A stretch of 64,000 nt of DNA, from assembly GCF_018350175.1 (NCBI RefSeq), contig NC_058383.1, forward strand, positions 23,252,001 through 23,316,000, read 5' to 3'. Under the pieces are notes generated by a model that was given only the letters and a program-made list of their open reading frames with translations, did not search any database and was not told the origin of the DNA. The stretch is from Felis catus (taxonomy: Eukaryota). A program made the position numbers and the translations under genes. Shown piece after piece: positions 62,600 through 64,000 of this stretch (position 1 is its first letter; each line of letters begins with the position of its first letter).

Positions 62600-63055
62600 T
62601 GTTAATAGGAGTTTAGGTTTGTATCCATTGTGATTAAACTTGGCTGCCTATAACCAAGAAACCCAAAGTAGCAGCAGTTTGAATAGGATATTAATTTGTC
62701 TCATTTAAAGGAAGTCCAGAAGGAGGCGGTCTGAATCATCAGCATGGGGGTTCCATGAAGTTAACAGCCACCTGGGCTCTTGGTAACCTTGGGTGTGTCC
62801 CACCTTCCTGTGGTTGAAGTTGGGTGCTGCGGTCCCCATAATCATCACATCTCCATCCCAGCAACTGCATGGAAGAAGGGGAAGAGATTTCCGAGAAATC
62901 CCACATGAATGTTGTGCACCTTTCGTTGGCTGGAATTCAATCACACGGCTACCTCTGGCAGCAAGGGGTAGCCGTGGATGGATGGAAATGTTACTAGGTT
63001 CTGTTGGTTTGAGAGAGAAGGTGGATATTTGGCAGGCAGTCAGCAGTGTCTGCTT
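62600..63055 (-). mobile_element. MaLR LTR (MLT1-like)
   Basis: ggctgcctataaccaagaaaccca...ggaagtccaga...ggtggatatttggcaggcagtcagcagtgtctgc. Confidence 0.65.
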
Positions 63056-63971
63056 CAAGTCGTTTCCAGTCTGTTCGTACAACGATGCTTCAACGAACAT
63101 CTTTGAACACGGGGATCACAGTCAAATATCCCCAACCAACTAGAATAGCTTCCAGAGCTGCCAGGGGATCTGGGAGCTAACCTCTGTCTGGAATTAACTC
63201 ATTAACTCTTGAACACAGAACAGTATGGGGCAGAGGGGAGAAGGTTAAAGTGGCCTGGGCAGTGGGAGTCAAGGGCGCTTGCAGGACTTGAGGTAGGGGC
63301 TGTCTCCCAACCAAAAGAGAAGTATTTCAGTATCTTAGCAACTGGTAGAGTCCTGGCTACACTTGCCCTTAGTATGTATACGTGCTGGTGTTTCTCTGAG
63401 TAGATACACTAGGTCGTAGGGTGTGTGTGTGTTTTACATTTTAATAGATGCTCCCAAATTGTTTATGCTAATCCATACCCTCCCAGCAATTCCCCTCAAC
63501 CTCATCACCTCTACATATTAAGATATTATATTTTAAAAATAATTCTGCCAGTTCGTATGGAAGAAAAATGATATCTAGTTATTGTTTTTATATGCGTTCC
63601 CCTGATTCTTTTTTGTTTCTTGGCTATTTCAATTCCTTGTCTATAAACTGACTATTCACAGAGCTTGCCAATTTTGCTGGAATTTATTTTTGTATGTAAT
63701 CTGACGTAGCGCTCTATTTTCAATTAGATAAGCAAATGTCTGAAATCAATTACTAAATAGTCCCCTCTTCTCTTGCAGGTATAAAATACTATATTTCCCA
63801 TCTGTGGATTCTCTCTTTGGTTCCTTCGATCTATTTGTCAATATTTGCAAACAATATTGTCTTAATATGCATTAATTTTGTAATAATTTTAAGGCTTTTC
63901 CAAAATAATATTCAAGCAAGAATCAAAGAATAGGCAGAATGCTTTTGGAAAATAAAAATAAGAATGATACA

Positions 63972-64000
63972 CATTTGACCCTTGAACAATATGGGGTTGG
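63972..64000 (+). mobile_element. Start of a Tigger2/MER8-like element (runs off the window)
   Basis: catttgacccttgaacaa resembles the CAGTTGACCCTTGAACAA terminal inverted repeat. Confidence 0.5.

Overview
Mammalian, felid (cat-like) genomic DNA, identified by about 25 felid-type Can-SINE (SINEC) copies and a carnivore L1. The only supportable protein-coding sequence is coding exon 1 of HS3ST2 (heparan sulfate 3-O-sulfotransferase 2) on the minus strand (52761-52271), inside a CpG island with a CRE, TATA-like and GC-box promoter at about 53.2 kb. Positions 1-52270 are intron 1 (exon 2 is not in the window) and about 53.3-64 kb is upstream sequence. Both are filled with SINEC, L1, L2, L3/CR1, MIR, MaLR/ERVL LTR and DNA-transposon relics. 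I see no novel multi-gene system. Four observations stand out. (1) A decayed, apparently near-complete hAT (Tip100/ZMYM1-like) transposase fossil at about 26.1-30.4 kb, split by an L1/SINE block, whose frame re-joins across a 7-bp direct repeat. (2) A duplicated SINE-plus-3'-flank segment whose end matches the first Pol III terminator. (3) Three upstream ATGs, one per reading frame, in the HS3ST2 leader, including an AUGA stop-start overlap. (4) A MER53 palindrome carrying a miR-1302-like arm. Repeat family names and protein similarities were recognised by eye from remembered consensus sequences, not from database searches, and old-repeat boundaries are approximate.
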